Of a stretch of 64,000 nucleotides of DNA, positions 53,246-64,000 are shown piece after piece. Below the pieces are notes generated by a model, which saw only the letters and a program-made list of their open reading frames with translations, did not search any database and was not told the DNA's origin. The translations under genes and the position numbers were made by a program. The stretch is from the NCBI GenBank assembly GCA_012295275.1, contig CM022674.1:15438001-15502000 (forward strand). Direction: 5' to 3'. Origin of the DNA: Chrysomallon squamiferum (Eukaryota > Animalia > Mollusca). Numbering within the stretch: position 1 is the first letter of the stretch; each line of letters opens with the position of its first letter.

Positions 53246-53869
53246 CAACAACAACAACAACAGCAGCAGCAACAAAAATCATAATAGTAAGGATATAATG
53301 TGCTGTTTAAAAGATACTCAAATCATTTCAGATATTTTTTTTTTTTTTTTTTTTTTTTACTATTCATTCATTAGTGATGCCTTACTGGATATTTTGTTCG
53401 GAGAACCAGCAGATTACTTTATTCAGCTGAGAGCTACTGCCAGAACCTAGTTTTATTTATTTAATATTTGGAGCAAAAGCTAAGCCACGGACACAATGCA
53501 TAATAAATATAGTATGACGTTTGTCTACATATCTTACCTACTTTTGTTTCACTGATAACTGATAACAGCACTGTTTCTTCCTTATCATTCTTACGTCATT
53601 ATATCAGTATTTCAGACAGGAAAACGAACTATAGCAACAACAATAACAACAGTAATAACAACAACAACAGCAACAATAACAACAGCTATAACTGAACTGA
53701 ACTAAATAAATAATTCTGTTACTACGGTAACTTCGTGTCTTCCATAATGATATATATATATATATACGTATGATTAAGACAGAGATTATCATATTAAATG
53801 CCTGCAACGGAAGATAGCAAAAAAAATAATAATAATAATAAAAAAAAAATTAAAAAAAAATATAATGAT

Positions 53870-55985
53870 AATAATGAGAATCAGTATAAACAAACGCTAA
53901 ACTGAGCTGTTAGGTAATATAGAATATCTAATAAAAAAAAAAATGAAGATACTAAAAACTTCAAATCCTAAAGAGTACTGGTCAATTCCGAACAACAATA
54001 AGCAGAGCCGGACAAAAGTAGATGTGTTAGTAGATTCTTTATTTCATTTCTTCGAAACTCTTAATAGCAATGTTGATGAATCTTTGCCTGATCATGTAAC
54101 ACCAATAGAAGAGTTACACACTCAAAGTCAGTAAACCACTAATGATATTTTGAACAAGCCTATTTCAGCCGAGAAAATATCTACCGCAGCGGACAGACTC
54201 CATTGTAATCGATCATCTGGAGAAGACTTTATTATCGATGAATATATAAAGCATACTGCTAAAATTATGTTACCTTTATATGTGCTATTGTTTAATGTTA
54301 TTCTTGATACAGCAGTTATACCGTCCATCTAGTTAGTGGGACTCATCAAACCAATATATAAAAATAAAGATGCTCGAAATGACACTGAAAATTATAGACC
54401 TATTACATTATTAAGCTGTTTAGGTAAATTACTTACATCTGTACTTAATTCTAGATTAAATAAGTATACAGACGAAACAAACATGAAATTAGAAAATCAA
54501 GCTAGATTTCATAAAAATGATTAAACGACAGACCATATATTTTCTTTATACTCGATAATTATTTTAATGAACAAATTGTGCTTTTATAGATTTTGAGAAA
54601 GCGTTTGATAGGGTCCTGAGAAAATCTGTCGCCAATTTTTATGTTCTGTTTTTCTAAATGACTTAGAGGAATTTCTTATAACTGAAGAATTTAATATTTA
54701 TTTAAAGCATTGTATTCTACTGTATGCTGACGATACAATACTGTTAGTAGAATCACCGAATGCTCTGCAACATAATCTTAACATTTTTCCTAATTACCGC
54801 CGACTATGGAGATTTAAAGTTAATATAAATATAACTAAAATAAGGATTTTCAGTAAAAGGAGAAAAAACTAGTGATTATATATTTAAATTTGATGGAGAG
54901 ATTTATTGATACAGCAGATAACTATAAATATAACTATATGCATTTTACAAGAAACGGCCAGTTCACTTACAATGTAAAACAACTCTATAACAAAGCAGTG
55001 ACAGCCATATATAGCCTAATAGCTAAACGTCGTCAGAATAATCTCTCCGTGGAATGTATACTTGATTTATTTCACAAACTAATAGAGCTAATTTTATTGT
55101 ATGGTTGTGAAGTATGGGGTTTTACAAATATACAACTAATAGAAAGATTCCAAATGAAACTGTGTAAGTATTTACTAAATGTTAATAAATGTATCCCTGG
55201 TTTTATGATCTATGATGATCTAGGACGGTGTCACCTTTTTATTTCTATAAAAGTAAGAATGATAATCTTTTGGGGAACCTAATTTACAAAACGTAAAACA
55301 AGACTTCGTCACAGCTATGTTATTTAATGCATGCTATTATTCTCCTTGGACACATTTGTAAAAAATGTTTTAGATGATTGTGGTTTAACATATACATGGA
55401 CATATCTCAACTTAAATAATGTTAAATGGTATCCAAAATATTACATTATCAGTATCTACAAATATGGAAAAATCAAACTGAAACGTCTCCAAAGTGTATT
55501 AATTATAAAAAATTTAAAATTTGAAATTACAAAACTATTTTACTTTGCTGACTCAAAACAAGGCTAATGTCTTATGTAAATTTAGAACCGTGAAATCTAA
55601 ACTTCCTATTGAAACTGGACCACGGTGCAGTATTCTAAGAGAAAACAGAATATGTCATATCTGTAATCTTAACTAAAGTGGTGATGAATATCATTATATA
55701 TTTGACTGTTATGATCCTATTTTATTAAATGCGAGAAAATATACCAGTTAAATATATGAGACATCTAAATGTATTTTCATATAATAATTTGTTTAACAGT
55801 AAAATATATTTGTATTGAAAAAGCTATGTTTATTAATAACAACTATATATGACAATGTTTGTCCTCCGCGTTAAACGTTAAACTTTCACGCATGTGCATT
55901 TTAATTTTGTTATTATGTAGCTGTAATACATTCTTCTCTGTGCTGTAATCCTACAGTTTATGTGAATAAAGTCATTGTCATTATT
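53870..55985 (+). mobile_element. Decayed, 5'-truncated non-LTR retrotransposon (LINE; RT plus C-terminal CCHC)
   Basis: PIYKNK...NYRPITLLSCLGKLLT, CAFIDFEKAFD, LYADD (~54720), LLYGCEVWG, LPIETG..RICHIC..DEYHYIFDC. The 3' end has AATAAA followed by (GTCATT)2. Many stops and frameshifts. Confidence 0.9.
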
Positions 55986-56155
55986 ACAGAAATCTGTTAC
56001 AGTATTTTAAACTAGGCTGATATACTGCATGTATCTCTGACATTATTAACGCGCCGCGTGTATTTTTCAACTGTACAGTTATTTACTATATGGTATCATC
56101 TCTAAATAAATAAATAAATAAATCTAACGAATGATTTACAGTTATTTCGTGTTCC

Positions 56156-56300
56156 CGTGCAAGGCGCAAATGCCATGGCCAGAAGTTGGGACCAGTTTGC
56201 CATGAGTTCGAACCTAACGCACAGTTTCCTGAAGGATGCGTAGCAACAACAGAGAATCAGTGTGCACAATACAGGAAACTAGACACTTCCAACAGCTCAG
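56156..56300 (+). other. Putative exon 1 of PARP copy E with 22-codon uORF
   Basis: Homologous to 14140-14288. GCCATGG with ATG at 56175, donor CAG|gtgacc, acceptor ending at 57106. Confidence 0.55.
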
Positions 56301-56426
56301 GTGACCGGATCGTCTGAAGATATAAGTGAGTCAGGACATTTAAATGTCTTATGATGTTAATTGATGATGTCAGAAGAAAAAATCATGAACACTTGCAGGT
56401 ATACATATTATTATTATTATTATTAT

Positions 56427-56480
<54 letters not shown>

Positions 56481-56896
56481 TAGTGGTAATAGTATTGCTA
56501 TTATTTACGCCTTTCCTATATGAAGGGGGTCGATCTTGCATCATGTAGACTTCGTCACGGGCACTCACGAAATCGCCCTATATTTATGTTAAACTGTTTG
56601 GAATGATTATTGTTTAAATATGTTATTATTCGTGTTTTTATATAATCATGAAGAAATAAGTAAAAGAAAACAACAAACACTTTGAGATCACTATGCATAC
56701 GGTATAGGAAACATGAAACTTTCGTGTTACGTTGACCTGGGAGTACAGGTTTTAAATCCATGCAACGATGAACAATAAGAACGTGACACTTTTAGTATTG
56801 TGCAAGGTTTAAAACTAAGACCACCATTCTACGCCTGGGATAACCGCGTATGTAAATCCCTGAACTATGTTAGACGCTCTGTAATATTTATTTATT

Positions 56897-56963
<67 letters not shown>

Positions 56964-57057
56964 TTTTTTATGAATGAGGGAAATATTTTATACTTATTAA
57001 TTTTCAAATATAAGTTGTCTCTTTTATGTTTCTAATTTTTATTATTGTTTTATTTTT

Positions 57058-57104
<47 letters not shown>

Positions 57105-57274
57105 AGTGATTTAAACGTACAAGAAAGATGGAATGTTTGACACAGAATTTTATAAAAGCACTCAAACTGAGCAAAAACCCAGAAAGTTAATGTTATATTT
57201 AATGATAAAAATAGCACAGCTGATGAAGATTTAAGAGAAATCACTGATTCCATGTTAAATATTATTTCAAAAGT

Positions 57275-62575
<5,301 letters not shown>

Positions 62576-63468
62576 CACAGTAAACACTTCCAACAATTCA
62601 CCAGTATTTCAGAGTTCAGCTTCACTTCAAACACTTCCAACATTTTCTTCCAGTATTTCACTTCACCAGTATTTCAGTTCAGCTTCTTTAAACAGTTCTG
62701 CTTCAACACTTCACCAGTATTTCAGAGTTCAGCTTCTACAGCAAACACTTCCAACGCAACACTAACATTTCACAGTTCTGCTTCTACAGTAAACACTTCC
62801 AGCACTTCACCAGTGTTTCAGAGTTCAGCTTCTACAGCAAACACTTCCAACGCAACACTAACATTTCACAGTTCTGCTTCTACAGTAAACACTTCCAGCA
62901 CTTCACCAGTGTTTCAGAGTTCAGCTTCTACAGCAAATACTTCCAACGCAACATTAACATTTCACAGTTCTGCTTCTACAGTAAACACTTCCAACACTTC
63001 ACCAGTGTTTCAGAGTTCAGCTTCTACAGCAAACACTCCCAACACAACACTAACATTTCACAGTTCTGCTTCTTCAGTAAACACTTCCAGCACTTCACCA
63101 GTATTTCGGTTTTCAGCTTCTACAGCAAACACTCCCAACACAACACTAAGATTTCGTAGATCTACTTCTACAGCAAACACTTCCAAGACTTCACCAGTAT
63201 TTCAGAGTTAAGATTCTACAGCAAAAACTTCCAGCACAACACCAACATTTTACAGATTTGCTTCTACAGTAAATACTCCGAACAGGAAACCTACATTTTA
63301 CAGTTTCATTTTCAACACACCATCAAGTTCAGCTTCTTGAAATTCATCTTCTACAGATACTGCTAACAAAACAAAGCGATTTGTGATTCTCGGATTATTT
63401 CTATTTTAAAAAAAAAAAAAAACGCTGTTTGACACTTATTTTCTTTTTAGTCTTTCTTTTTTGAACGC

Positions 63469-63499
<31 letters not shown>

Positions 63500-63629
63500 C
63501 AACACTTTTGTCGTTTAGGCCAGGGACATCGTAACACACAGGAATACTGGAAACTTGCCCAGGGTTCACTATAGCATAGGAGGACCCTGTATGTTGAGAC
63601 TTATTGTTAATAGATAAATACTATGATAT

Positions 63630-63728
63630 ACAATACTATACAGTACTATACTATACTATATTATACTATATTATACTATACTGTCCTATACTAAACTATC
63701 GTATACTATACTATACTATTCTATACTC
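63630..63728. repeat. (ATACT)n degenerate microsatellite in the 3' flank of copy E
   Basis: Direct reading. A short equivalent lies at ~49430-49450 behind copy D. Confidence 0.8.
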
Positions 63729-64000
63729 TCAGTATTTGTCATAAAAATGCATATTTAATATATGTTTTACTAAAGATAATGAATAATATTATTTGTTTAT
63801 GATAACAAGTGGATATTGTGTAGGTATGGCATCAGTGAACTGTTTTACCTGCAGGGCTGTAATCTGCAGTTAAGATATTTTTTGTTTATTTTGTTTCTGA
63901 TGCGGATGGATTTGTTTGGTCTGGTGCAACGAAAAATACAATACAAACTGAGTTCTTTTTTATTTCATATTTCATCTGGGCGTTTCAATTTATACTCACA

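Noticed and set aside
50472-53807. Poly-Leu/Ile/Tyr/Cys and membrane-like short ORFs (also 12895-14868, 37621-38427, 42803-43459, 56351-56568, 59924-60358)
   Set aside because: Translations of (ATT)n, (GT)n, (AGT)n and AT-rich intronic sequence.

Overview
AT-rich, microsatellite-laden animal genomic DNA with spliceosomal introns. It is probably a gastropod mollusc (inference from gene content and one recognisable dispersed repeat). The window opens with ~7.1 kb of satellite built as a ~560-bp five-monomer higher-order repeat. The rest is a rearranged tandem array of five PARP12/ZAP(PARP13)-like genes on the + strand (N-terminal helical region, 4 CCCH-type zinc fingers, degenerate ZnF5, tandem WWE, ART domain): A ~7.3-8.2 kb (truncated), B ~14.1-22.7 kb, C ~23.3-28.7 kb, D ~43.3-49.1 kb and E ~56.2-63.3 kb. 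Only D splices into an uninterrupted frame (H-Y-I triad, predicted mono-ADP-ribosyltransferase). The paralogs differ by independent expansions of three coding repeats: RGG-like, a 17-aa unit with SUMO-consensus motifs, and a Ser/Thr tail. The amplified unit also carries 3' exons of a tyrosine/aromatic amino-acid decarboxylase head-to-head with the PARP. At 39.3-41.4 kb these exons form a ~730-bp near-perfect inverted repeat just downstream of an orphan copy of PARP exon 1. Also present: a segmental duplication (8248-14591 vs 34246-39334), three degenerate secreted/chitin-binding genes (two share an unusual His-spaced motif), a decayed non-LTR retrotransposon and SINE-like fragments. All calls come from reading and hand-translating the sequence; no database searches were run.
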